A stretch of 64,000 bases of DNA, from the IMG/VR virus record IMGVR_UViG_3300033143_005193, positions 32,001-96,000 of that record. The stretch is one strand, 5' to 3'. Of the stretch, positions 37,732 to 47,387 are shown piece after piece. The notes beneath the pieces were generated by a model that saw nothing but the letters and a program-made list of their open reading frames with translations, had not been told where the DNA came from and searched no databases. The DNA is from a virus. The position numbers and the translations under genes are program-made. Position 1 is the first letter of the stretch. Every line of letters starts with the position of its first letter.

Positions 37732-38486
37732 TCATCAAGATATTTTCCAAGGTCTACTTTTTTTAACAAAGATATCATTTTTCTTTTTTCTCTATCGTTA
37801 AAATATGATAATACATCTTCTTTATTTCTTTTTGTTATATTTGAATACATGTCAAAATATTCTACACCAATAAAATTACATAACTTTTCACACGTTTCTT
37901 TATTTAAATATGTTATTTGATTTGATTTTATATTGAAAGCACCGACTTTTTTAATCTCACCAATTTCTCCTTCTTTTCTTCCTATCATATCCTCATAATA
38001 TATTTTTATCTGGTTTTCATGTTTTTCCCATTTCTTTTTATATATTCTTGATTTTTCCATAGAATGTAGTATTTCGTTTACTAATTTTTTTACATCAATA
38101 TTTGTTATAGGATCTATTTGTCCTTTATTATTATTTCTTGATAATCTAGAAACAGCTTTTTTGAAATGATTTTTTCTGAATAGATGTATTATCTGTAGAT
38201 TATTTTTCCTAATATAAGGTTCTAATTTCCAATAATCACACTGATCATATATTAGTTTCAAATAAACATTTTCATCTTGTTCACCTAAATAATTAAGAAA
38301 TTTTTTTTTATTATATGATTTATTATCTTTCATCCATCTATACATATATTGACCATTTCTTTTTTTAATTTTTCCCCTTATCATAAAAAGTTCATCATAA
38401 CAAGTAATTTCTGGATGTGAATCTAAACAATTTTGTAATAAAGTAGATCCTGTTCTTTTATCACATAAAATAAAACCTTTAAACAT
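37716..38486 (-). CDS. Stf0-like sulfotransferase
   Basis: RTGSTLL...LDSHP..ELF, IIHLFRKN...AVS, YYED, CNFIGV. Confidence 0.8.
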   Translation of the reverse strand: MFKGFILCDKRTGSTLLQNCLDSHPEITCYDELFMIRGKIKKRNGQYMYRWMKDNKSYNKKKFLNYLGEQDENVYLKLIYDQCDYWKLEPYIRKNNLQIIHLFRKNHFKKAVSRLSRNNNKGQIDPITNIDVKKLVNEILHSMEKSRIYKKKWEKHENQIKIYYEDMIGRKEGEIGEIKKVGAFNIKSNQITYLNKETCEKLCNFIGVEYFDMYSNITKRNKEDVLSYFNDREKRKMISLLKKVDLGKYLDEWGMV

Positions 38487-38500
38487 ATAAAAAATCTCCT

Positions 38501-39454
38501 TTAAATTTCGTCAATTAAAGCTTTAACAGAATTTTGTTTTTCCATGATAACATTTAGTGTATTAAACATTCTTACTTTACTTGAATGATATTTCTGTATA
38601 AAATTAAAAGCTTTTTCTCTTATTTTAGATGTATCCTTATTCTCCCAAATTTTCCATAATTCTTTCACAATCTCTGGATTATCATAACTATGAAATAATA
38701 CATGAATATCATCAGGCAAAATTTTTTCTTGCCACTTAAATTTTCTACTTATCATAAAGGCACCACAACCTAAATATTGAAATGGTCTTACGTCAATAAA
38801 ACCACCAATATCGTAACCAGTACATAATCCTAATATACATTTAGAAGAAATAGAAACTTCTGGTGTATATTTTCTTAGATCATTTTTAGATTTAGTTTTT
38901 ACAATGATTATTTTCATTATTTTACGTAATTCTTTTATAAATTCAGATCTATCTTTATGTGATGATTGTGATCCTGTAAATAATGGATGTTGAAAACTAA
39001 ATTTAGGATTTTTTTGTGGTATTTTATTTAATGTTAATGAAGAATATGGCCAAAAAAAGACTGGAATATTCCAATATGATTTAAATTTATCCAGATTTTC
39101 TAGTTGTGAAACGAAAGCAAAATCAAAAACTTCTCTTAAATCACCATCATATCTAGGTTCATCTCTTGCATCAGAAAGAGTATGAATCATTTTAATTCCT
39201 TTGGATTTAAAATCTCTAAATAATTGAAAAACATCTGGTAATTTTTTATGATGATGGAATGTTAAATGTGTGAATATAATATTAGGCTTAAAATCGTAAA
39301 CAATTTCTTTTATAGTATCTAAACTATTTTTTTTCCAATCAACACCAATAACATTATGTCCGTTTAAAGTAAAACCCTCATATGTTGTTTTAACAAACCA
39401 ACTATAAGCATTATTTATATTATTACCAGTATTACCTAATATTATAATTTTCAT
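38501..39454 (-). CDS. GT-B glycosyltransferase (CgeB-like)
   Basis: LFTGS...HKDR, DVRPFQYLGCGAFMI, H....R C-terminal helix. Confidence 0.65.
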   Translation of the reverse strand: MKIIILGNTGNNINNAYSWFVKTTYEGFTLNGHNVIGVDWKKNSLDTIKEIVYDFKPNIIFTHLTFHHHKKLPDVFQLFRDFKSKGIKMIHTLSDARDEPRYDGDLREVFDFAFVSQLENLDKFKSYWNIPVFFWPYSSLTLNKIPQKNPKFSFQHPLFTGSQSSHKDRSEFIKELRKIMKIIIVKTKSKNDLRKYTPEVSISSKCILGLCTGYDIGGFIDVRPFQYLGCGAFMISRKFKWQEKILPDDIHVLFHSYDNPEIVKELWKIWENKDTSKIREKAFNFIQKYHSSKVRMFNTLNVIMEKQNSVKALIDEI

Positions 39455-40730
39455 TTTTTTCTAAAATACTCCTAAACATTTTTCTATAATTTTCAGATTG
39501 AATTTTCCACGTCCATCCATCTTCTACTGTTTTTCTAGCATTTATACCCATTTCTATTAGCTTATCTCTATTGTTTTTAAACCAGTTTATTTTTTCAACA
39601 TAAGCATTAATATTTCTATCTACCAAAAAACCATTATATCCATCTTTTATAAATTCAGGCATATTACCTATTTTATTTGATATTATTGGTCTTCCACAAG
39701 CAGCAGCTTCCAATGCTGGATTAGGTGTTCCATCTTCATCACTTGAAACAATAAAAACATCCATATCTTGATACAAATCAGGCATTTTATCATGTGGTAA
39801 TCTGTTAGTATAATCATTCAAATGTAAACGACTATCAGCATCTGCTCTTTCTATTGCTGGTATAATAAAATCTTTTTGACCTTTTCTTGGTGATAATTTA
39901 CCAACATGACCAACAACTATTTTATTTCTTTCTCTTGGAATATATTTTTTTATATTGAAAAGTTCCTCATCAACACCATTTGGAACATAATATAAATTAT
40001 CAGAAAACCCCATATTTACCAGTTCATTATACAGTAAAACAGAATTAGCATGTATATGACCAGCTAATCTCATTCTTTTTCTTATCATTTCTGGGTTTCT
40101 GTGAGCAGTAACACCTGTTACTCTTTTCTTTTTTTCAACATTGTTTATTTTTGTTATATATGAATATCCAAAAGTAAAATAAATATCATAAAATCTATTA
40201 TTTATACCAGCAGTTTTTCCATCTTCAAGATAATTATAAATATCAAAATCAAATTCATCAGAAAGATATCTTATTAAATATCGTGATTTTATCCACCAAG
40301 CCCATCCTTCAACATCAGTAATAAGAAGAATTTTTGGTTTACCTGATTTTTCTTTAATAGATTTTGTTGGTATTCTATTTTTATATCTTTTTGTACTAAT
40401 GTTTTTTGTTATATTTTTCTTTTTTCTTTCTTTTTCTCTGTTTATGTATTCTCTTATTAAAATCTTTTTTCTGGATGTTTTATTATCTCTTACAATTACA
40501 CCAGCTGACATATCTTCCTCACTTATATTGATTAAAGAATTTAAATAATCAGTTATTTTTCTTAAATCTTTTATTTTTTGTTTTGCGAAAGAAATTCTTC
40601 TAAGATCTTTTTTGTTTTTTGATTCTTTCTTTTCTAAAGTTGATAAATATTCTTCTATTTTTTTTATTTCATCTTCTTTTTCTTTAATAATTTCTCTAAA
40701 TTTTTTTTCTGTATATTCAAGATTTTCCAT
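39432..40730 (-). CDS. GT4-family glycosyltransferase with a basic coiled-coil N-terminal extension
   Basis: VPNGVD, RKG, DGTPNPALEAAACGRPII, DGYNGFLV. Confidence 0.85.
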   Translation of the reverse strand: MENLEYTEKKFREIIKEKEDEIKKIEEYLSTLEKKESKNKKDLRRISFAKQKIKDLRKITDYLNSLINISEEDMSAGVIVRDNKTSRKKILIREYINREKERKKKNITKNISTKRYKNRIPTKSIKEKSGKPKILLITDVEGWAWWIKSRYLIRYLSDEFDFDIYNYLEDGKTAGINNRFYDIYFTFGYSYITKINNVEKKKRVTGVTAHRNPEMIRKRMRLAGHIHANSVLLYNELVNMGFSDNLYYVPNGVDEELFNIKKYIPRERNKIVVGHVGKLSPRKGQKDFIIPAIERADADSRLHLNDYTNRLPHDKMPDLYQDMDVFIVSSDEDGTPNPALEAAACGRPIISNKIGNMPEFIKDGYNGFLVDRNINAYVEKINWFKNNRDKLIEMGINARKTVEDGWTWKIQSENYRKMFRSILEKNENYNIR

Positions 40731-40751
40731 AAAACAATAATTTCCATAGGA

Positions 40752-43394
40752 TTATTTTTTCCATGTTATTATAGGAATCACAACATTATTTAATTTCTTT
40801 AAATCAATATTCTTTAGATTTTTTAATTTATCAATAACATAGCACCCTTCATCTTCTATTGTTCTTGTTGGCTTAAATCCAAGATTTTTTAGTTTATCAA
40901 CAACTGGATTGTAATAAAAATTATCGGTAGATTCGCTTCTTGGTGATTCTATATGAATTTTTTCGGCTTTTATACCAAATTTATTAGCTATATAAATTAC
41001 TTTATCAGCTAATTCATTCATAGATAATGGTTCATCTAATTGATTCCATGTTCTATATTCACCATTATTTGGATAATTTTCTATGGCCAGCATTAGACAT
41101 TGAACAGAGTCATTTAATGATAAAAATCCTCTACTATGCTCACCTTTTCCAAAAATAGTTAAAGGATGACCTATAACAGCTTGAACAATAAATCTATTGA
41201 AAACAGTACCAAAACATTCATCAGAATCAAATCTTGTATTCAATCCAGTTTCTTCTATTTCTGGTGTCCATGCACCATAAACTACACCCTGCATTATATC
41301 AGTAGCTCTTATATCATAAAATCTACAAGCACAATCAATATAATAAGTAGAAGCAACTTTACTGTTACCACACCATACAGATTTACCATTTCTTCTAACA
41401 TAAATTATATTATTCGGAACTTCTACACAATAAATTTTTCCATTATATTTAATTTTATTCCAAGAATTATCTTCTTTATTATTAATTTGTGTTGTTTTAT
41501 TATCAGAAATATAAACACAATATTCATTTTCTTGTTCATCAATTTTATGAAGATAAGCGGAATATCCAAGTTTTAAACAAATTTCATGAAAATCATTAGC
41601 AAGTTGAATAGATTTTGTATAATAAGCTCCTCTTAATTTTTTTGATTTATCATCTATCCAACCATCACCTTTCATCATTGTATTAAATAAGATTTTTAAT
41701 AATGGTTTTGAAAGATTTTTTATCCATTTAGGAATATATTTTTCATCACTTAATTTGAATTTTTTTAAATATTCTGATAATTGTTTGTATCTTATAGAGA
41801 ATATATTTACTCCATTAAAATCTTTATTTATTTGAATTTTTCTATTAAAAATTGATAATGAATTTTTAATTTCTTCGAAATATTGTTCTTTTTTTTGTGA
41901 TATATTTATTGAATTTTTATATAAATTTCCTTCGGTTATATACCATCCAAAAAATAATAACCAATCTTCCATTGGAATATATTTTTCTTTTTCTAATTTA
42001 AATACATCTTTTGTTAAAGTTACCATACATTCTGGTAAAACAAAATATTCAAAATCATCCCCATTCCAATTATCAACATTTGTTTTAAGACAGATATCTT
42101 TTCCATATACATCCTTCGCTTCTGTAAGTCGCCAATTTTTTAAATCACTTCTATGAGAAGAATGTTCTAATAATTTATGATTATCTGTTACAAGTAAATC
42201 AATATTTTTATTTTTTAATGAAATAAGATCACCATCAAAATCATATTCAAAATGATTAATTGGTAATTGATACTCTAATTCATTTTTTTCTTTATTTAAA
42301 GTAGCTACCTTTTCTTTTTTGTTCAAATTTTTAAACAACTTCCATCCATTTTCCGTAAGAATCTCTGTATCATCTGAATAACATGCATGGTAATACGAAC
42401 CAGGTTTTCTTGGATAAATTGCGTTTTTTATTAATTTACCATCATATTCAAAATCAAAAACACCTTCTGGTATTCTTATTCCAACACTAGGATCATATTC
42501 ACCCATACTATTACCAGACCAATAATTTTTTCCATTTCTTCTAACCATTATTATACCAGTAGGAACAGTACAACAATACACATAATCATTATATTCTATT
42601 TTTGATATATGATCTTTTTTTACAAAAGCATCATTGTTTTTTGTCATATCATCAGTATTTTTTGGAATATAAAATGATTGTTTATGAATCATTTTATCAG
42701 CTCTTTCTATTTTTATATCACCGTCTTCATCTTTATATACAACTCTATGATTAGGTGTCAAAAGACAATCAACTTTTTTATTTTTTATTGATATCATTTC
42801 ACCATTATATTTGTATTTTTGTATTTCAGATGGATTATGATATTCTATTTTCATTTTATTTTTATCTAAACACATTACTTTATCATTTTTAGATAATTCT
42901 TCAAAACGTTTCCATCCATCTTCTGTTAAAATTTCTGTTTCTTTATCGTAACATCCAATTGTTACTAAACTAGTATCTGGTGAATATTCTTTTATGGCAT
43001 GAAGAATGTTAAGTGTACCTAGAATGTTATTATAAGTAGTTTCATATGCTAATTCTCTATTTTTATGTGAAAATGGAGCAGCTGGTTGTTGGGCTAGATT
43101 AACAACAACATCTGGTTTATATTCTTCAAAAATTCTTTGTAATTGATAATAATCATCAATACCATCAATTCCCATTTTATAGAATATGAAATCACCATAT
43201 TCTTTCATTATTTTTAATCGTTTGTTTGGTTCTTCTATTGGTAAAGCAGAAAAAGATTCCATGTAATGTTCTACATAGAATCTTCTTCTAAAATCATCTA
43301 TACAAATAACTTTATATCCTTTTTTTAATAATCTTAAAGTTAATGCATGTCCTATATAACCATCACTACCACAAACCAAAACAGTTTTACTCAT
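40752..43394 (-). CDS. sqdB: UDP-sulfoquinovose synthase (SqdB/Agl3-like) with two inteins
   Basis: CGSDGYIG, DDF.RR, AQQPAAPFS, NN..GTLN.L, G|SMGEY, YHA|SK, TD.MQGVVYG, RFD.D..FGTV.NRF.VQA..GHPLT.FG.G; spliced length 392 aa. Confidence 0.85.
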   Translation of the reverse strand: MSKTVLVCGSDGYIGHALTLRLLKKGYKVICIDDFRRRFYVEHYMESFSALPIEEPNKRLKIMKEYGDFIFYKMGIDGIDDYYQLQRIFEEYKPDVVVNLAQQPAAPFSHKNRELAYETTYNNILGTLNILHAIKEYSPDTSLVTIGCYDKETEILTEDGWKRFEELSKNDKVMCLDKNKMKIEYHNPSEIQKYKYNGEMISIKNKKVDCLLTPNHRVVYKDEDGDIKIERADKMIHKQSFYIPKNTDDMTKNNDAFVKKDHISKIEYNDYVYCCTVPTGIIMVRRNGKNYWSGNSMGEYDPSVGIRIPEGVFDFEYDGKLIKNAIYPRKPGSYYHACYSDDTEILTENGWKLFKNLNKKEKVATLNKEKNELEYQLPINHFEYDFDGDLISLKNKNIDLLVTDNHKLLEHSSHRSDLKNWRLTEAKDVYGKDICLKTNVDNWNGDDFEYFVLPECMVTLTKDVFKLEKEKYIPMEDWLLFFGWYITEGNLYKNSINISQKKEQYFEEIKNSLSIFNRKIQINKDFNGVNIFSIRYKQLSEYLKKFKLSDEKYIPKWIKNLSKPLLKILFNTMMKGDGWIDDKSKKLRGAYYTKSIQLANDFHEICLKLGYSAYLHKIDEQENEYCVYISDNKTTQINNKEDNSWNKIKYNGKIYCVEVPNNIIYVRRNGKSVWCGNSKVASTYYIDCACRFYDIRATDIMQGVVYGAWTPEIEETGLNTRFDSDECFGTVFNRFIVQAVIGHPLTIFGKGEHSRGFLSLNDSVQCLMLAIENYPNNGEYRTWNQLDEPLSMNELADKVIYIANKFGIKAEKIHIESPRSESTDNFYYNPVVDKLKNLGFKPTRTIEDEGCYVIDKLKNLKNIDLKKLNNVVIPIITWKK
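41364..42383 (-). mobile_element. intein with LAGLIDADG endonuclease (340 aa) in sqdB
   Basis: CYSDDTEILT..TDNH..GWYITEG..MMKGDG..RRNGKSVWCGN|S. Confidence 0.88.
42510..42953 (-). mobile_element. mini-intein (148 aa) in sqdB
   Basis: CYDKETEILT..TPNHRV..RRNGKNYWSGN|S; no endonuclease domain. Confidence 0.88.
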
Positions 43395-43398
43395 AATA

Positions 43399-44211
43399 TT
43401 ATTTCCCCTTTATCACAAGCATTTCCACGGCATCTGTTTGTTTTTTTCCTTTTGTTGCCATTGATGCTTTTTTATATTCTCTAAATTCTCTTTTATACTT
43501 AATTATTGGATAAAAATCATAAGATTCTTTAAAATCATAATAACTTAAAATCCAATTACTTTTACAGGTATTTAGTATATTAGCTAATTTTTTATGATGA
43601 TCTATGTTAAAATTATGAAAAGCATAAAGTTTTTCTGTTCCATAATAAGGAGGGTCCAAATACATCCAAGTATTTTCACCATCTATAATTGGAATAAATT
43701 CTTCATATGATAAATTAAATACTTTTATTTTTTCTAATTTTGATTGTATTCTTGGATTGTTTAACTTTCTTTTGAACGCATCATATTTTGTGGTTTTATA
43801 TTTGGCGGGATCTAAAAATATCATTTTAACTCTTTCTGACATAATACCAGAAAAAGTCTGTGTTACTAAATACATATATTTAGCGGCTATATTGAAATCA
43901 GGAAAATCTATTTTTTTGTTAAATTTAACTAATTCTATTATTTCTTTTTTATATTCATTAAAAATATAATCTTTTTGTGGTTCTACTCTATTAAGATATT
44001 TTAAAAATTCGTCATAATATCTACAACACGAAAAAACATTAGCCATGAATGGATTAAAATCATTATAATAAACTTCAATGGGGTCTATATTACTATTAAT
44101 ATAAACCCACATTGCACCACCAAAAACTTCTGCATATTTTTCTATTTTTTTAGGAAAAAAACTTGATATCCATTTTGATTGTCTATATTTACCACCAACA
44201 TATGGAAACAT
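43399..44211 (-). CDS. DNA adenine methyltransferase (Dam/D12 class)
   Basis: YVGGK, EVFGGA, YND, LDPPY. Confidence 0.9.
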   Translation of the reverse strand: MFPYVGGKYRQSKWISSFFPKKIEKYAEVFGGAMWVYINSNIDPIEVYYNDFNPFMANVFSCCRYYDEFLKYLNRVEPQKDYIFNEYKKEIIELVKFNKKIDFPDFNIAAKYMYLVTQTFSGIMSERVKMIFLDPAKYKTTKYDAFKRKLNNPRIQSKLEKIKVFNLSYEEFIPIIDGENTWMYLDPPYYGTEKLYAFHNFNIDHHKKLANILNTCKSNWILSYYDFKESYDFYPIIKYKREFREYKKASMATKGKKQTDAVEMLVIKGK

Positions 44212-44233
44212 ATTCCATTATCCTTTCTACATT

Positions 44234-45349
44234 TTAATATATTTTAATAAAATTTGATGAATAATCACTTATTGAGGATGCACCGTAAAACATATCACTC
44301 ACAATCTCGTTTGCTTTTCCTTTATTCTTTACTAAAAATTCACCGAATTGAAGAGCATGTATAGCTGATTGCCAGAAACCATTACGGCCTCTTTTTTCTA
44401 ATGGATTCTTTCCATTTATAAGTTCATTAAAATCTTTATCTATTTTTTCTTGTGAGAAATTATAACCAATATCAGACCATAATTTCACAACAATATCTCT
44501 AAGTTCATCATCTGTCATTTTCTTTATTTTTGAAAGTTGTAATTGTGGTATGTTATATTTTTTAATTATGTTTGTTACAGCAAATTTTCCATGTCTGGCT
44601 GTTTTACCTAATAATTCACCACGAATATCAGCATTTTTAATTATTTCAAAACTTCTTATATTAATAATCCATTTATTCGATAAATTTATTGCTATACCTG
44701 TTGAAAAAATAGTTTTTGTTGGTTTCCTAATACCACTAAAATTAACTTGTTTTATTTCCATTTTATCTTTGCCAACAACAACAACTTTAGCATTGTTACC
44801 AACTTTTTTTAATGATATACCAATTAAATTACATTTTTCTAATTGATCTGCTATATAAGCATTATATTCAATTAATGATCCAAATGAACCAAAATTAGGT
44901 TTAAAGCTAGAAGAAACGGCCCATATATCACCAGGATTCCATTTATCGTTTTGAAGTTTTATACCTTCCAAAATTTTCATTTTATTAAATTCTCTATAAA
45001 CAAGATTCATTAAACCAGTTCCTCTATAAAAATCATAGGGAGCTTTCTTGCTATAAGGTGATTTGAAAAAAGCATTAGTTGATGTTACAACGCTTTTTAC
45101 CCAATCCGGTCTCCTTTCAGCAAAATCGAAAATTTCATCACCTGAAGAATCAAGATTACAGTGTAAACTATAGCTTTGGAAAAATTTATTTCTATCTAAA
45201 ACATCAGATTCTGTGATATTACTTTTTTTATCTTGTCTTATACCAAAAGAAACACAATGAAGACATTCTTGTAATCGTGTTTCTTTTGAAGCTTTACCAG
45301 CAGCTTTATTTATTTTATTAACTTCAGTAATAAATTCTTTAAATTTCAT
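44234..45349 (-). CDS. putative PD-(D/E)XK endonuclease with a capsid-targeting N-terminus
   Basis: MKFKEFITE; LQE, DKWNPGDIW..LIGISLKK; immediately upstream of the MTase. Confidence 0.55.
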   Translation of the reverse strand: MKFKEFITEVNKINKAAGKASKETRLQECLHCVSFGIRQDKKSNITESDVLDRNKFFQSYSLHCNLDSSGDEIFDFAERRPDWVKSVVTSTNAFFKSPYSKKAPYDFYRGTGLMNLVYREFNKMKILEGIKLQNDKWNPGDIWAVSSSFKPNFGSFGSLIEYNAYIADQLEKCNLIGISLKKVGNNAKVVVVGKDKMEIKQVNFSGIRKPTKTIFSTGIAINLSNKWIINIRSFEIIKNADIRGELLGKTARHGKFAVTNIIKKYNIPQLQLSKIKKMTDDELRDIVVKLWSDIGYNFSQEKIDKDFNELINGKNPLEKRGRNGFWQSAIHALQFGEFLVKNKGKANEIVSDMFYGASSISDYSSNFIKIY

Positions 45350-45582
45350 TGTTTTCCCCCATCTTGTGATATTTTTCTTTGTATAGCTTTATCTATTTCA
45401 CCAGACAATTTATTTAAACAACTTTTACAAAGCAAAACGTTTTCATTTTCATTTATACATATGTTTATGTAACAAGAATTTTGTTTTTCACAAAACGAAC
45501 ATACATCATCGCTTCGATAAAAACCATTTTCATTTCGCCAATTTTCTTTTAATAGGAATAACATTTTATAATTTCCTTTCAT
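45346..45582 (-). CDS. small Cys-rich (zinc-finger-like) protein
   Basis: CSFC..CKSC. Confidence 0.55.
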   Translation of the reverse strand: MKGNYKMLFLLKENWRNENGFYRSDDVCSFCEKQNSCYINICINENENVLLCKSCLNKLSGEIDKAIQRKISQDGGKQ

Positions 45583-45879
45583 TTATAAAATTTTGGTTCT
45601 TTTTTCACCATCTAATTCTGGAATTCGAACATCTTTACCTTCAGCTTTTTGTTTTTTATATTCATCATAATAGTGATTTGTGTTACCATCCCAATCACAC
45701 ATATCACCACGTTTATTATTAAATACCAATTTAAACGTTGGTGATTTTTGAGGAAAAATTCTAATCATTTCAGTGTTACATTTCGAACAAATGAGTATTT
45801 CTTGTGGGTTAGTTTTATGAAATACTATTAGTTCTTGGTGATATCCACATTTAGGACACTCATAATCAAATACAGGCAT
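45583..45879 (-). CDS. FmdB-family zinc ribbon protein
   Basis: MPVFDYECPKCG..CSKC..M.R. Confidence 0.75.
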   Translation of the reverse strand: MPVFDYECPKCGYHQELIVFHKTNPQEILICSKCNTEMIRIFPQKSPTFKLVFNNKRGDMCDWDGNTNHYYDEYKKQKAEGKDVRIPELDGEKRTKIL

Positions 45880-46076
45880 TACTTCTTCTCCTTTGAATAT
45901 CCGCTTTGGCCCCATCCACCACCTTTTAATATAAAAGATGTTGATGATAATATTCTTTTCATTTTGATACAACAATTATCACACTTAACAACATTTTCAT
46001 TAGCTTCTTTTATATTTTTATAATATTTTTCAAATATTTTATTACATTTTGGACACTGAAATTCATAATAAGGCAT
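45879..46076 (-). CDS. FmdB-family zinc ribbon protein
   Basis: MPYYEFQCPKC..FE..CDNC..MKRILS..SF.LKG.GW. Confidence 0.8.
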   Translation of the reverse strand: MPYYEFQCPKCNKIFEKYYKNIKEANENVVKCDNCCIKMKRILSSTSFILKGGGWGQSGYSKEKK

Positions 46077-46089
46077 TTTACATCTTCTC

Positions 46090-46926
46090 CTATACAATTT
46101 TTAGATCCTTTATAAATTTATCTAAAGATCTTATAACAAGATCGGGATTTGTTTCATTATTTGTTGGTAATATAAAAGATTTTTTATTATTAAAATTATA
46201 AACACCATTGTCTTTGAAAGATGATACATTTTCTCCCCATGAAAATACCGGTTTTCCCTGTAAATTGCTTATAAAAGTCCAAACACCGGTTGGGCATATT
46301 ACCATTCTAGATGTATTTATGTGATCTATTATATATTGAAAACCAAAATCAAAATAATTTATCATTGGTGTGATAATATTATCTTCTGGATATTCAGTTT
46401 TCATATCACCAATAATTATAGAATCATAATTATTTAAAACATGATAATGAATTTTATTTAATAATCTTTCATCTGATTTTATATCAGGTATAAAAACAAT
46501 TTTGTCCATGTTGGTTAATGGACAAGAATGACTTACTTTTATTTTTTCAAATATCTTATTATATATTGGGACGTGTTTTACATTTTTAACATAATTTAAT
46601 TGATAGTTTGTGATATCTCTTTTCACACATTTTTTATCGTTTAATATAATTTGTTTCGCATATTTTACTATATTTCTGAAATTTTTTTGATTTATTCTTT
46701 TATTGTAATATCCAACCTGATCATATTCATAAACAGATAAATGTTTATATATTGGTATTTTATTACTTTCTGGTATAAAATCGTATAAAAAAAGTCTATT
46801 ATAATGAGAACTTACAAATACTTCATCATATTCTAGAGAATCACATAACCATCTTACATATGGTCTAAAATTAACAATTTCCTGTTCCCAATCACCAACA
46901 TATGGACCAATTAATAAATAATTCAT
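46090..46926 (-). CDS. hypothetical protein, possible GT9-like glycosyltransferase
   Basis: GPYVGD.EQE N-terminus; VICPTG...ISNL.GKPVFSWG resembles the GT9 C-terminal motif. Confidence 0.4.
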   Translation of the reverse strand: MNYLLIGPYVGDWEQEIVNFRPYVRWLCDSLEYDEVFVSSHYNRLFLYDFIPESNKIPIYKHLSVYEYDQVGYYNKRINQKNFRNIVKYAKQIILNDKKCVKRDITNYQLNYVKNVKHVPIYNKIFEKIKVSHSCPLTNMDKIVFIPDIKSDERLLNKIHYHVLNNYDSIIIGDMKTEYPEDNIITPMINYFDFGFQYIIDHINTSRMVICPTGVWTFISNLQGKPVFSWGENVSSFKDNGVYNFNNKKSFILPTNNETNPDLVIRSLDKFIKDLKIV

Positions 46927-47387
46927 TATATTATTACATTACCATTCCACTTTTTTAGTATTTCTAATTTAGATTGAAAAATTTCCTCATCCATTCTAAT
47001 AACTTCAACATTATTAAGTATATCATAAAATAAAATATTGTCAAGATATATTTTTTTCACAATATTTGATAAGTTATTGAAGTTAAATAGAATTTTGTTG
47101 TTTCTTCTGAAAAATGAAATGATATTATTACTATCATTTTTTGTATTTTCAACATAATATTTTTTTATAGTATTCTTCAAAACACTATTATATATTTTTA
47201 TGTTGTTATCAACAACAAATCTATTTGTATTTGGATATTTACTAATAACATTATTAATTTTAACAGCGGTTGGTTTTAGAAAATTCATTTTTATTATATG
47301 AATTTTTCTTATTTGTAAAAATTCTTCACTGTCCCAATTTTTTTCGTCTATTTCAATATAATCTTTTCCCACTACAGTTTTTATCAT
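46926..47387 (-). CDS. hypothetical protein
   Basis: 153-aa ORF coupled to primase. Confidence 0.6.
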   Translation of the reverse strand: MIKTVVGKDYIEIDEKNWDSEEFLQIRKIHIIKMNFLKPTAVKINNVISKYPNTNRFVVDNNIKIYNSVLKNTIKKYYVENTKNDSNNIISFFRRNNKILFNFNNLSNIVKKIYLDNILFYDILNNVEVIRMDEEIFQSKLEILKKWNGNVII

